A DNA stretch of 64,000 nucleotides from Longimicrobiales bacterium (GCA_965204735.1 OZ242008.1:2816001-2880000); one strand, 5' to 3'; positions 1-9,821 are shown, numbered from the stretch's first letter. Made by a program: numbers and translations. The notes: a model not told the origin generated them from the sequence alone.

Positions 1-405
1 GCCGTCGGAGGGCACGTCGATGCCGCCCCTCTCCTCGACCGACGACTCGACCAGCCAGATCAGCGTCTCGATCGCCTCCAGCTGGCAGAAGAAGAACCGG
101 CGGCTGTCGAATTCCTCGGGGTCGTGCCAGTGCCGGAGCAGGCGGCGGGTGACGGCGGAGACGCCCGGCCAGCCGGCCTCGCGCCACTTGTTGACGCGGG
201 GGCGGATGCGATTGACGAGCGGGATTTCTACGAAGGTGCCGGGGTCGTCGAAGGCGCGGGAGTCTTCGGAGGCGACCAGGTAGCCGGCGGGGCGACGGCC
301 TTCCTTGAGGTCGAAGAGGCGGGAGTTGTGGTCGTAGTGCCAGTAGCGGGTGGGTTCGTCGTACGGCGAGTTGACGATGAGGCGGTCGATGGTGGATTGG
401 GGCAT
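1..405 (-). CDS. res: Type III restriction enzyme Res subunit, N-terminal part (runs off window start)
   Basis: Not in ORF track. Manual translation from ATG at 405: MPQSTIDRLIVNSPYDEPTRYWHYD...RVNKWREAGWPGVSAVTRRLLRHW...FFFCQLEAIETLIWLVE, typical of Res N-termini; co-oriented downstream of mod. Confidence 0.85.
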   Translation of the reverse strand, partial: MPQSTIDRLIVNSPYDEPTRYWHYDHNSRLFDLKEGRRPAGYLVASEDSRAFDDPGTFVEIPLVNRIRPRVNKWREAGWPGVSAVTRRLLRHWHDPEEFDSRRFFFCQLEAIETLIWLVESSVEERGGIDVPSDG

Positions 406-422
406 GTTGGCTACATCACTAT

Positions 423-1457
423 CTATGCCTGGTACGGTTGCCCAGACAGCACGTCGATCAGCGGGCCGTATCGAAATTGGCTACCACGCCATTCGATGAT
501 GGGTGCCATTGCCATTTCTGCGCCTGCGTTTTCCTTCAAGTACTCTGCTAACACATGTAGGCATGATTCGTCGATTGTTGCTCCAAGGTTGTCGTATAAT
601 TGCTTTCCCGATGGCGTAAGTGTGTGTGTTGGGAGATCAATTTTCTTGTCATTGTCAGCCAGTATCGCGATCGCAGTATTATCGTGAGCCATGACAAATG
701 CATGTTTAGCTCCAACCGTGTCTTCGAAACTGAAGCGTTTCCCGACATTGGATCCAGTCATTATGAGACCGTACGAGGCTAGATGAAGGATGGTACCGAA
801 ACTAGGGAAGCCGCTGATCTTGTCTGTGTATCTGTCACCACGGAGGACGAAGTCGCCAGTTACGAATCGCCCAAAATTCGCAAAATCTCTCGCGTCACGC
901 TGACTCATGTTTTTGAGAATAGACAATGTGTGCAATGATGTTCGTCCAGGCGTCTCCACTTCTCCAGATAGTATCCTAGCCCAGATCCACTGCAGCTGCT
1001 CGGACGTTACATCCTGGACATCGGCGAAGAACCGAGCCGTCCAGTCGTGGTCTACTTCGTGATCTCTCACTTCCTTTCCGTCAAGCTCTTCCGCAGCCAT
1101 CGATACGACATTGTATATGTTGCTCTGCCTCTTGCGCTCTTGAAACACGAGACGAGACTTGATTTCGTCTGCGATGATCATTTCTTCGACAACAGGTTGA
1201 CGCGCCTTGTCATGAGCTTCGCCAATCTGCTGAATAGCATTCATATGACCTCTTGCTTTGATGGCTATGGAGCCTGCTTCTGACACGGCCCCAATGCGCC
1301 GGGCATCTGCTTCGCCTGTCGCTTCAATGCGTCTTGTTTCTGCTCTCATATTTGCCGTCAACCTATCAACCACAGGCCCCGCGACCGCACCGATACCACT
1401 AGCGGTAACTTCGATCAACTTCTCTACAGCTGGTATGTTGATGTTGATGTCAGCCAT
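423..1457 (-). CDS. DUF2806-like protein inserted between mod and res
   Basis: Motifs RKRQSNI, VDHDWTARFFADVQDVTSEQLQWIWARILSGEVETPGRTSLHTL; TGATG overlap with mod stop; visibly lower GC than flanks. Confidence 0.7.
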   Translation of the reverse strand: MADININIPAVEKLIEVTASGIGAVAGPVVDRLTANMRAETRRIEATGEADARRIGAVSEAGSIAIKARGHMNAIQQIGEAHDKARQPVVEEMIIADEIKSRLVFQERKRQSNIYNVVSMAAEELDGKEVRDHEVDHDWTARFFADVQDVTSEQLQWIWARILSGEVETPGRTSLHTLSILKNMSQRDARDFANFGRFVTGDFVLRGDRYTDKISGFPSFGTILHLASYGLIMTGSNVGKRFSFEDTVGAKHAFVMAHDNTAIAILADNDKKIDLPTHTLTPSGKQLYDNLGATIDESCLHVLAEYLKENAGAEMAMAPIIEWRGSQFRYGPLIDVLSGQPYQA

Positions 1458-4018
1458 CACTCCAGCTCCACGAGCTTCAGGCTCTCGATGCCGCGGTCGT
1501 CCACGATCTTGACGGCAGCGCGGCCATACTTGCCGGCCTTGAACGGTAGGGAGACCGTGCCCCGATAGGCTTCGATCAAGTCCGGGTCGATCTCGGCCTT
1601 GAGGTTCTTTGCCAGGCGATTCCAGTCGTGGCGGGCGTTGTCAGCCGGGAAGAACACTTGGCGGGGGAAGAGGCTTCGTCCGTCGTAGTCCGGGTCGAGC
1701 ATCCAGACGGCGATCTTGTCGTGACCGCCGGACTCCAGCTCGCCGGTCTTGGTGTTGTAGTAGTCGAAACCGCCGACGGTGACCCGGTATCTGCCGGCGT
1801 GCTGGCCGTTGGCGATGGACTCCACCTCGACGTCCGGCTGGCCGATCATCCAGAAGCTCTCGTTGGCGCGTCGCTTCTTCAGCAGGTCGTTGGTGAGCAG
1901 GTCCGCGTTCATGTGGGCCTTGAGGAACTGGACGCCCGGCCAGCTTGTCTGGTCGATGTCCTTGGCCGCCTCCGGGTCGAACTGGAAGGCCGCGAAAACG
2001 ATGATCGTTGGGCGGGGAACCAAGCTCTGGGCTTCGTCTATGGCGAGCTCGACTTGTCGTTGCTCCAACGGTGCGTGGTCCGGCCCGAACGACACGACCG
2101 TCCGCATCACCTTCGTGGCGGTGCCCTCTCGAACGCTGTCGGCGCCCGAGTCGTCCGGTCGCGTTTCCCCTTCAGCGTGGAGGTATCGGGCTCCGGCCAA
2201 CGGCTCCAACCGGGCGAACGAGATGCGCTGGCCGGCCTTGCCTCGAATTCCGGTCCTGAGCAGCTCGTCGCGCCAGTCGCTCTGGCGAATCGTCTCGCCG
2301 GAGCGGGCCACGGACTCGTCGGCTTCCCACGACGCCTTATTCCTCGGCGCTTCTTCTTCAAGCGGCTTCACCATTGGAGCGGGAACGGCCTCGACGGTGA
2401 ACGGTCCGGTAACGCGGACCTTGACGCGGTCGATCTTCGGCTGGTCGTAGAGAGCGATTCGCTTGGCGGGCTCGCCGTAGGCCAGGGTGCGGGCGGAGAC
2501 CGTGTCCACGGTGCGATAGCGGAAGCCGGAGCCCACGCCTTCGTCGGGATAGGCCAGTTCGTAGTAGTCGAAGTGCGCGGTCATCAGCCGTTGGCGGGCC
2601 ACGGCCACGGCAACTCGGGATGTGTCGCATGTTGCCCAGCGACGGCCCCATTGCTCGGCTACGTAAGCGGTGGTACCGGAGCCGCAGGTGGGGTCGACGA
2701 TCAGGTCGCCGGGGTCGGTGGTCATGAGGATGCAACGCCGAATGGCCGCGGCGTCCGTCTGAACGACATATCGCTTATTTTGCGCTCTCATCGGTGCGGA
2801 CCAGACGTTATTGATACGCCGTCCCGGAACTTCGTCTTCGTATTGCTTCCATCTCAACGATTGACCCTCTTGCGCCTCCAGCCGATTGAGTTCGGACAAG
2901 CGATCTAGGCCAGCCTTCGATACTCGCCATTGGCCAGTGCTACTGCAACGGAAGATGCGGCCGTTCCATTCGTAGGGATCAGAGCGACCAGTCGTTGACA
3001 CTCCCTTGGATTCAAGAGGCATTCGAGCAAAAACTCTGGCATCTTGTGGCAAGTACTCGTCGGGGTTGGAAGTTTCTTCGGCCGTCAGTTTCCGGCACTC
3101 GCCGTTTGGCAGCTCAAGCATCGCATGCCAGCTGAAGAGGCCGATCACCTCAGCTCTCGTAAGTGGTTCGTATAGATGTCGGTACTTCACCTGTTTGCGA
3201 TCCCGTGCATACCATAGCAGATAATCGGCAACTTCTGGTATCGTCAAAGCCGAACTGCCTCCCGTTGTCGCATACGAAATAGTGGCGATCCGGTTTTCTG
3301 CACCGAACAACTCATCCAGGAGAACACCCACCCTATGAACGTTCTCCTTGCCGATCTGCACGAAACAACTGCCGCTGTTGTGCAATAGCCCCTTGGCCAA
3401 TGTCAGTCGGTCGCGCAGATACGTCAGGTAGGAGTGAATCCCAAGCTCCCAGGTATCTCGAAACGCCCGAATCATCTCCGGTTCGCGGGTGAGGTCGCGA
3501 TCCATGTCGCGCACGTCGGACTTGCCCACGAACGGCTGGAAGTTGGACCCGTACCGAATCCCGTAGGGCGGGTCCATGTACACCATCTGCACCTTGCCGC
3601 CCAGACCTTCCTTCTCCAGCAGGCTGTTCATGACCAACAGGCTGTCGCCGGCGACGAGGCGATTGGTCCAGTTGTGTCGGTGGCGGTAGAAGTCAATGGC
3701 TTGCCGGATCGGGGGGTTCTCGGCGGGGTCCTCAAACAGGGAGTTCTGCGAGGCCGGGTCGCCGTTGCGCTTGCGGACCGCCTCCACGATGGTGCGCGGG
3801 TCGATCCGCTCGTGGACGTGGAGCGAGACGGTCGGGACCTCGAACGACGTGTGCTCGGCCTTGCCCGCCCACGAGAGTTCGGGGTCGATGTGGGGGTCGT
3901 GGGCGTAGGTCTTCCTGCCGGCGTCCTTGTCCGTGGCGGGCGTCACCAGGCCGACCGGCGGGTTGTTGGCGCGCTCCTTGTCGCGGTGCGCGTAGCTCTC
4001 AATGTCTTTCTTCGCCAT
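1457..4018 (-). CDS. mod: Type III R-M DNA methyltransferase (Mod, beta-class N6/N4)
   Basis: DPPY catalytic motif (MDPPYGIRYGSNF) precedes SAM-binding DPTCGSGTT, with a lower-GC central TRD; start placed at MAKKDIESY (ORF track extends to 4099). Confidence 0.9.
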   Translation of the reverse strand: MAKKDIESYAHRDKERANNPPVGLVTPATDKDAGRKTYAHDPHIDPELSWAGKAEHTSFEVPTVSLHVHERIDPRTIVEAVRKRNGDPASQNSLFEDPAENPPIRQAIDFYRHRHNWTNRLVAGDSLLVMNSLLEKEGLGGKVQMVYMDPPYGIRYGSNFQPFVGKSDVRDMDRDLTREPEMIRAFRDTWELGIHSYLTYLRDRLTLAKGLLHNSGSCFVQIGKENVHRVGVLLDELFGAENRIATISYATTGGSSALTIPEVADYLLWYARDRKQVKYRHLYEPLTRAEVIGLFSWHAMLELPNGECRKLTAEETSNPDEYLPQDARVFARMPLESKGVSTTGRSDPYEWNGRIFRCSSTGQWRVSKAGLDRLSELNRLEAQEGQSLRWKQYEDEVPGRRINNVWSAPMRAQNKRYVVQTDAAAIRRCILMTTDPGDLIVDPTCGSGTTAYVAEQWGRRWATCDTSRVAVAVARQRLMTAHFDYYELAYPDEGVGSGFRYRTVDTVSARTLAYGEPAKRIALYDQPKIDRVKVRVTGPFTVEAVPAPMVKPLEEEAPRNKASWEADESVARSGETIRQSDWRDELLRTGIRGKAGQRISFARLEPLAGARYLHAEGETRPDDSGADSVREGTATKVMRTVVSFGPDHAPLEQRQVELAIDEAQSLVPRPTIIVFAAFQFDPEAAKDIDQTSWPGVQFLKAHMNADLLTNDLLKKRRANESFWMIGQPDVEVESIANGQHAGRYRVTVGGFDYYNTKTGELESGGHDKIAVWMLDPDYDGRSLFPRQVFFPADNARHDWNRLAKNLKAEIDPDLIEAYRGTVSLPFKAGKYGRAAVKIVDDRGIESLKLVELE

Positions 4019-4162
4019 GCTTGCGCTCGCGCCCCAGGGGCGGGCCGTGTGTCCGATGATCGAGGCGTTCAACTTATTGGGATAGTGGGACTCCCGCAAC
4101 CATTCTGGGCGGCTCCGCTGGCCGCAGCGTGGGCTCGACGGCGAGGTGCGCGGCGTCCAGCG

Positions 4163-4279
4163 CTACCCAAGGAACGTCGTCGCCTACCCAAGAAGTGGGC
4201 CAGACTACCCAAGAAACCACCGGCCACTACCCAAGAAGCTAGCCCAGCTACCCAAGAACTTGCCCCACTACCCAAGAAA
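4163..4279 (+). repeat. Six copies of CTACCCAAG(A/G)A at 20-22 bp spacing
   Basis: Core starts at 4163, 4184, 4205, 4227, 4248, 4268 with variable linkers, in the divergent intergenic region. Confidence 0.85.
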
Positions 4280-4434
4280 TCGCACAGACACCGACCACGA
4301 CCCGGCTACGCTGTACCGTATGTCGGACCCCTTAGCTACCTTGTCCGACACTCCCACGGGCCCGCGGCCCCTCCGCCTTCGCGGTCCCGTTTGCGGGCGA
4401 CCCCGCAGGCGGACGAGGAGCGAGTGCCCGGACC

Positions 4435-7221
4435 GTGAGCGATCAGCTCTTCCACGAGGTCCTGGAAGCCACGGGCTACCTGATCGGCGGCCGACCGGCG
4501 CCCGGCGTGACCCTCGGCGAGGAGGCGACCGCCAATGGGCGTTTCCGCAGCTTCAAGCCGAATGGCAAGTGGCGGGGCGAATCGGCGCTCACGGTCTACT
4601 TCAAGCTGGAGCCCGAGCCGCCTTCCGAGGAGCGCATCGCGACGTGGCGTCGGGAGATATGGAACGAAGGACAGTCGCCCCTGCTTTGGGTGATCTCGCA
4701 GAACAAGATCAACCTCTACAACGGCTTTGCCCGGCCGCGGGACGCCGGAGACGCCAAGGCCAGTCGCCTGCGGACCTTCGCCAAGCTCGCCGGGAAACTT
4801 GAAGAACTCGACCTTGCCGGCAGATTCGCGATGGAGACGGGTCGCTTCTGGGAACACGATGCAGCCAAGAGGGTGCATCGACGAACCAGCGTCAGTCGGC
4901 AGTTGTCGTCGGACTTGGCCAGCCTCGAACGGGACCTGCTCCAAGGCGGCATGGTGCGACTTGACGCCCAAGGGCTGATCGGTCGCTCCATCTTTGTCCA
5001 GTACCTCGTCGACAGAGAGATTGCGACCCCCGAGTTCCTGAACGAGCTTTGCGGTAGGAACGCCCTGTCGGACGTGCTGCGCGACGAGCGGAGCGCCAGG
5101 CGGCTCTTCGACTGGCTCCACAACGTCTTCGATGGCGACATGTTTCCTATCAACGGCCGCCCCGACCGCCCTGAGCATCTGCGTCGCGTGGCCGACTTCC
5201 TGGACGCCGTGGACCCTCGCACAGGCCAGAGGACGCTCTTCCCCTATCAGTTCGACATCATTCCGGTCGAGCTCATCAGCTCCATCTTCGAGCAGTTCGT
5301 TCAGGCCGACCCGACCATTCGGGGCAGCGCCGGCGGGACGAACGCGCACTGCACCAGGTTGTCGCTGGTGTCGCTCGTGCTGGACGAAGTCATGGTGGAG
5401 TGCGTCGGCCACGAGACGGTGCTGGACTTGACGTGCGGCTCCGGCGTCTTTCTCGTCAAAGCGTTCCGGCGGCTGGTGACGCTTCGTGCCGGTGGGAAGC
5501 CTCCAAGTGGCCTAATGATAAGGTACGTGTTGCACGAGCAGGTTTTCGGGCTGGACATCAGCGAGGCCGCGATTAGGGTCGCAGCATTCAGCCTCTACTT
5601 GGCCGCCTTGGACCTCGATCCCAACCCGCAACCCCCCCATGCGCTGGCGTTTTGGCCCCTCATCGGCAAGACGCTGTTCGTGGGCGACGTTTGGACGGAC
5701 CAACACAAGTTGGCCGCCGCTAACCGGGGCGGGAAGTTCGACCTGATCGTGGGCAACCCTCTGTGGAGATCCATGCCGCCCTCGCGGGACGATGATGCAT
5801 CCGGCCCTCGAGGCACCAGCCTGAGATTCGTCAATAAGGCCATGAAGTACGGCTCCGACGACACCCGCCTGGGCCTGGTGCTAGGCGTACATCACTTCTT
5901 CGGACGAGCCGAGACGGCGCAGCGCGCCCTGCAGCAGATCATCGAGAAGCTGGCGCCGCTGACGCTGGTCAACCTGTCGAACCTTTCCGCATGGCTCTTC
6001 CCAAAGGCCAACATGCCCGCGATGATTCTCTTTGCCGGACACCGTAGCGATGTACCGCCCGTGATCAAGGCAGTTCAAGCACCTTGGTCGCCGGCCGGAG
6101 CAAAGAGCCACACCTTCGATCTCGCTCCCAGCGACGTCACCACGCTCCCAATCTGGGACTGGAAGCGGGACCCGCGCTTCCTCAAGGGCGCGGTCGTCGG
6201 TACCCACCGGGACCTGACCCTGGTCGACGACCTGTGGAGGGCACACGGCGAGCTGAAGGACGAACTCCAGAAGATTGGCACGAGATTCCACACAGGACTG
6301 ACGTTCCCACGCGACAAGCACATCTTTTGCGCACCTGTGTTGATCATGAGGGAGATGCTTCTGAGGCAGTACATGCCTCGCATGGTTGTAGCCGTTGCCG
6401 AGGAAGACACAGTGTATTCCAACGCCTACTTCGGCGTCGCATTTCCTCCACAGCACGAGGATGTTGCGCATCTTCTCGCTGGCATACTGAGTTCGTCGTT
6501 GGCCACTTGGTTCCTGCTCATGACGGGATCGACCCTGGGACTGGCCAATCGCCGAGTCATGTCCGCCGATGTCGCCCAGGTGCCAGTGCCCGATCTGGCG
6601 GAGGCCGCGTCCTCGGAAGTTGGCCGGTGCATCGTCGACCGGGCTCGAGAGCTGGGCGGACAGGCCGTGACCAAGGACGAGTGGCGGGCCCTCGACGAGG
6701 AGGTGTTCGAACTCTACAAGCTGCGTCCTTCGGAGCGTATTGTGGTGCGGGACGGCATGTTTCGGGCGACATGGCAGTGGGAGGCTGGCCGGGACGCATC
6801 GGTGGCGCAGGCGTCGATCAAGGACGTGGTGTGCTATGCGAAGGCGTTCGGGTCCGCCATCGACGTCTGGCTTCGAGAGAGGAACCGTCATCGAATGCGT
6901 GCGGAGGTGTTCGACCTGCCGCTTCGCGAACCGTTGCGGGTGGTGCGCTTTGTCGTGGAAGACCAGCCTGGACCATCGGTTGTCGAAGTCGTAAGTCCCG
7001 ATGGGAGCCTGAGGCAGCTGCTGGACCGGATCGGTGAACGTTTGGAGTCCTCGTTGACCAACTATCTCGTGGGTCAGCGTGAAGTTCGGGCTTACGAGTC
7101 GGGGGAAGTGGTGGTCGTGAAGCCCGCCGCCCGGAGACACTGGATGGGGGTGTGCGCCCTCGGGGACGCCGACGAAGTAATCTCCGTCAGCCTGCGAGTT
7201 CCGAAAACTCGTGAGCAGTGA
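4435..7221 (+). CDS. N-6 DNA methylase family (type IIG/Eco57I-like) protein with degenerate catalytic motif
   Basis: IPVELISSIFEQF, LDLTCGSGVFL SAM motif, FGLDIS, and FDLIVGNPLW where NPP(W/Y/F) is expected. Confidence 0.75.
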   Translation: MSDQLFHEVLEATGYLIGGRPAPGVTLGEEATANGRFRSFKPNGKWRGESALTVYFKLEPEPPSEERIATWRREIWNEGQSPLLWVISQNKINLYNGFARPRDAGDAKASRLRTFAKLAGKLEELDLAGRFAMETGRFWEHDAAKRVHRRTSVSRQLSSDLASLERDLLQGGMVRLDAQGLIGRSIFVQYLVDREIATPEFLNELCGRNALSDVLRDERSARRLFDWLHNVFDGDMFPINGRPDRPEHLRRVADFLDAVDPRTGQRTLFPYQFDIIPVELISSIFEQFVQADPTIRGSAGGTNAHCTRLSLVSLVLDEVMVECVGHETVLDLTCGSGVFLVKAFRRLVTLRAGGKPPSGLMIRYVLHEQVFGLDISEAAIRVAAFSLYLAALDLDPNPQPPHALAFWPLIGKTLFVGDVWTDQHKLAAANRGGKFDLIVGNPLWRSMPPSRDDDASGPRGTSLRFVNKAMKYGSDDTRLGLVLGVHHFFGRAETAQRALQQIIEKLAPLTLVNLSNLSAWLFPKANMPAMILFAGHRSDVPPVIKAVQAPWSPAGAKSHTFDLAPSDVTTLPIWDWKRDPRFLKGAVVGTHRDLTLVDDLWRAHGELKDELQKIGTRFHTGLTFPRDKHIFCAPVLIMREMLLRQYMPRMVVAVAEEDTVYSNAYFGVAFPPQHEDVAHLLAGILSSSLATWFLLMTGSTLGLANRRVMSADVAQVPVPDLAEAASSEVGRCIVDRARELGGQAVTKDEWRALDEEVFELYKLRPSERIVVRDGMFRATWQWEAGRDASVAQASIKDVVCYAKAFGSAIDVWLRERNRHRMRAEVFDLPLREPLRVVRFVVEDQPGPSVVEVVSPDGSLRQLLDRIGERLESSLTNYLVGQREVRAYESGEVVVVKPAARRHWMGVCALGDADEVISVSLRVPKTREQ

Positions 7222-7430
7222 TGGTACCAGACCGGGAATTCGCCGAGTCTGCGCACGCCCCCGTAGTGCTCGGCACCGAAAATGTTCGAAGCATCCTCCG
7301 CGTTGTGAAGGGCGGTTGGGTGGTCGCGACGAAGTTTGCGGACGTGACCGCGGGTGCATACGAGACGGTGCTGACGGAGCGACTCCGAGACGGAATGCGG
7401 CTGGTCGTGGACCGAGGGAGAGCTGCCCCG
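7221..7430 (+). pseudogene. Probable truncated partner gene of the N6 methylase
   Basis: TGATG coupling to the methylase stop; ~70 protein-like codons (MVPDREFAES...LTERLRDGMRLVVDRG), then the frame runs antisense into the ATPase gene as Arg/Pro-rich shadow sequence. Confidence 0.5.
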
Positions 7431-7437
7431 GCTCCCC

Positions 7438-8742
7438 TCACCCCGTCTCCCACAGCGCCCGCATCGGGACGGCGCGAAGACCCTCCCCGAAGGACACGCC
7501 CAACTCGCCGTCGTACAGCACGACGCCGCCGGCGAAGCGGGAGCCCAGCGCCGCCCGAAGCTTGCGCAGCCCACGGAAGTCGGCGCGGTTCACGGTCGCG
7601 GCGGCCTTCACTTCGACGCCCGCCACCGCACGCCCGCGCTCGACCACGATGTCCACTTCGGCGCCGTCCTTGTCACGGTAGTGGTGGAACGAGTGGGGTT
7701 CGGGATGACCGCTGGCCATTCGCCGAAGTTCCTGGCAGACGAAGGTCTCGAGGAGCTGCCCCAGCAGCGGGCGCTCGGCGGCAAGGTGGGCGGCATCCGT
7801 GCCAAGCAGCGTGCACGCCAGCCCGGTGTCGCCCAGGTGGAGCTTCGGCGTCTTGACGAGCCGCTTGAGCCTGCTTCCGTGCCAGGGCTGAATCCGGTTC
7901 AGCAGGAATACTCGCTCCAGCAACGTCACGTACTCGCCTATCGTCGCCCTGCCGACGCCGAAGGTGGACGCCAGCTTGGTCGCGTTGAAGAGCTGGGCGG
8001 TGGCGGATGCGGCCACGGACAGCAGCTTCGGCAAGGCGTCCAGGTGGCGGATGCGGGCCAGGTCCCGCACGTCTCGCGCCACGATGGTCTCCACGTAGCT
8101 CCGGTACCATTCGGTGCGCCAGCGGCCCTTGGGGCGCACGAGAGCGGCCGGATACCCGCCGGCGACGATCCGCTCCGCAAGCTCGGCGCCCAGCCTCTCG
8201 GCGACCTGGAAGTCGGGTCCGCCGCCGAAGATGGCGTCGAGGAACCCCACGTTGGGCTGGGTCGGCCCGCTCCGGACGGCTCGGCCTGGAGACGCCGACG
8301 GCCCCGGCTCCGGTCGCCCCAGCTCCGCCTGCGACAGCGGGTGCAGCCGAAGGACATGCATCCGTCCTGCCAGCGAGTCCGAGAGCCTCGGGACCAGCAG
8401 GACGTTGGACGAGCCCGTGAGGATGAAGCGGCCCGGGGTCCGCCGGCGGTCGATTGCAACCTTCAGCGCCGCGAAAAGCCCGGGCACGCGCTGCACTTCG
8501 TCCAGCACGACCCGCTCCGGCAGGTCGGACAGAAAGCCAGCGGGGTCGGCCTCCGCCGTCAGGCGCGCCACGTCGTCGTCAAAGCTCACGTAGGAGTAGC
8601 CCAAGGGACCGCCGACGGACCGTGCCAGGGTCGTCTTGCCGCACTGGCGGGGGCCGTGGACCAGCACAGCGGGCGAGTAGGCCAGCGCGTCGGCGAGCGG
8701 CTGGGCGGCGTGGCGTGGGTAGAGGTCGGTGTGGGGGGTCAT
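7438..8742 (-). CDS. AAA_14 ATPase with DUF4143 C-terminal domain
   Basis: GPRQCGKTT Walker A, VLDEVQ Walker B, ILTGSS, GGYP, KTPKLHLGDTGL, EVDIVVE...VEVK; start placed at MTPHTDLYPR. Confidence 0.9.
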   Translation of the reverse strand: MTPHTDLYPRHAAQPLADALAYSPAVLVHGPRQCGKTTLARSVGGPLGYSYVSFDDDVARLTAEADPAGFLSDLPERVVLDEVQRVPGLFAALKVAIDRRRTPGRFILTGSSNVLLVPRLSDSLAGRMHVLRLHPLSQAELGRPEPGPSASPGRAVRSGPTQPNVGFLDAIFGGGPDFQVAERLGAELAERIVAGGYPAALVRPKGRWRTEWYRSYVETIVARDVRDLARIRHLDALPKLLSVAASATAQLFNATKLASTFGVGRATIGEYVTLLERVFLLNRIQPWHGSRLKRLVKTPKLHLGDTGLACTLLGTDAAHLAAERPLLGQLLETFVCQELRRMASGHPEPHSFHHYRDKDGAEVDIVVERGRAVAGVEVKAAATVNRADFRGLRKLRAALGSRFAGGVVLYDGELGVSFGEGLRAVPMRALWETG

Positions 8743-9029
8743 CGGCTGATCGGCCTGAACCTTGGACACGAGGGGTTCGGGTTGTCCCCGGCGGAACTTC
8801 GGCTGATCGTAAGGTAATACTTCGGCTAATCGTCTGTTTTGGGACGAACTGGTCACGTGGCGGTCGTGTTTGTGGCTTTATGTAGTTGTCTTTGGGAATC
8901 GGCCAATCGTCAGTCGTATATGCGTCGATTCGTCCTGTTTCCGATCGGCCGGGGGACCCAGCCGCTCGACGGCGACCCGCGGTCCGGGCAGCCGCCGACA
9001 GCGGAGAGAGCTTATTACTATTAGCTGGG

Positions 9030-9821
9030 TTAGCTCGCGAGCCGGGCGATCAACTCCGCGACCGTGTCGCATTCGATGATGGCATCCGCCGCCGCGTCCA
9101 GCTCGTCGCGTCCGTCCAGGCCGCCGATCACGCCCGACAACTGCACGACCGCGTCCGCACCGAACTTCTGGGCCACTTGGCGCTCCAAGACAGTCCTGGA
9201 TCCCTCCCGGTGGCCTTCCCGGTGACCTTCCCGGCGGCCCTCGTCCCGCAGCCTTGCCTTCTCTTCTTCGATCTGCGTGTACATGTCTCTTGCCTCCGTC
9301 AAGTTGGTGATCTTCGACAGCTCCTCTTCCGAACAGCCCCAACTCCGCGCCGCGCCCACCGCCCACAGCACGAACGCCTGCGCGATCCCAGCGTGCTCGG
9401 GACCCGGGTACGCCTCCAACACCTCGTCCAGCACGGCCCGGACCTTCTCCGTGCCACCGTCCCGCTCAAGCTCCCTCAACCAAGTCAGGATGCGCCGCTT
9501 CCGCAAGTTTCGCCTGGGCGGCGCGCGCATGTCAAGCACATGATAGGGCAGCCGGGGCGAGAGGTCGCGCAGTTGGGGCAGCGTGGGCGAGATCAAGTCG
9601 GCGATGTCGAGGCGGGCGTCCCACGGGTGGGGGCCGTTGTGGACCACGCAGGCGACGACGGGCGGCAGCCGGTAGTCGGCGTCGGACGGCTTCTCGCGGA
9701 TCAGGTTCTCGTAGACGTCGGTCACGTAGCGGAGGACGCGGGCGGGCATGGAGGGCGAGTTCGTCGTCCCAGTCGCGTGCGAGTAGGCGGCGTGGCGTGG
9801 GTAGAGGTCGGCGTGGGTCAT
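9030..9821 (-). CDS. Truncated Rpn copy D (ATPase-like N-terminal peptide fused in frame to Rpn C-terminal part; no catalytic motif)
   Basis: MTHADLYPRHAA... joined to MPARVLRYV by a 143-bp deletion; internal GGAGG-8nt-ATG at 9284. Confidence 0.6.
   Translation of the reverse strand: MTHADLYPRHAAYSHATGTTNSPSMPARVLRYVTDVYENLIREKPSDADYRLPPVVACVVHNGPHPWDARLDIADLISPTLPQLRDLSPRLPYHVLDMRAPPRRNLRKRRILTWLRELERDGGTEKVRAVLDEVLEAYPGPEHAGIAQAFVLWAVGAARSWGCSEEELSKITNLTEARDMYTQIEEEKARLRDEGRREGHREGHREGSRTVLERQVAQKFGADAVVQLSGVIGGLDGRDELDAAADAIIECDTVAELIARLAS

Noticed and set aside
4163..4279. Possible mini-CRISPR
   Set aside because: The ~11-bp cores and ~10-bp linkers are far too short; kept only as a phased repeat.
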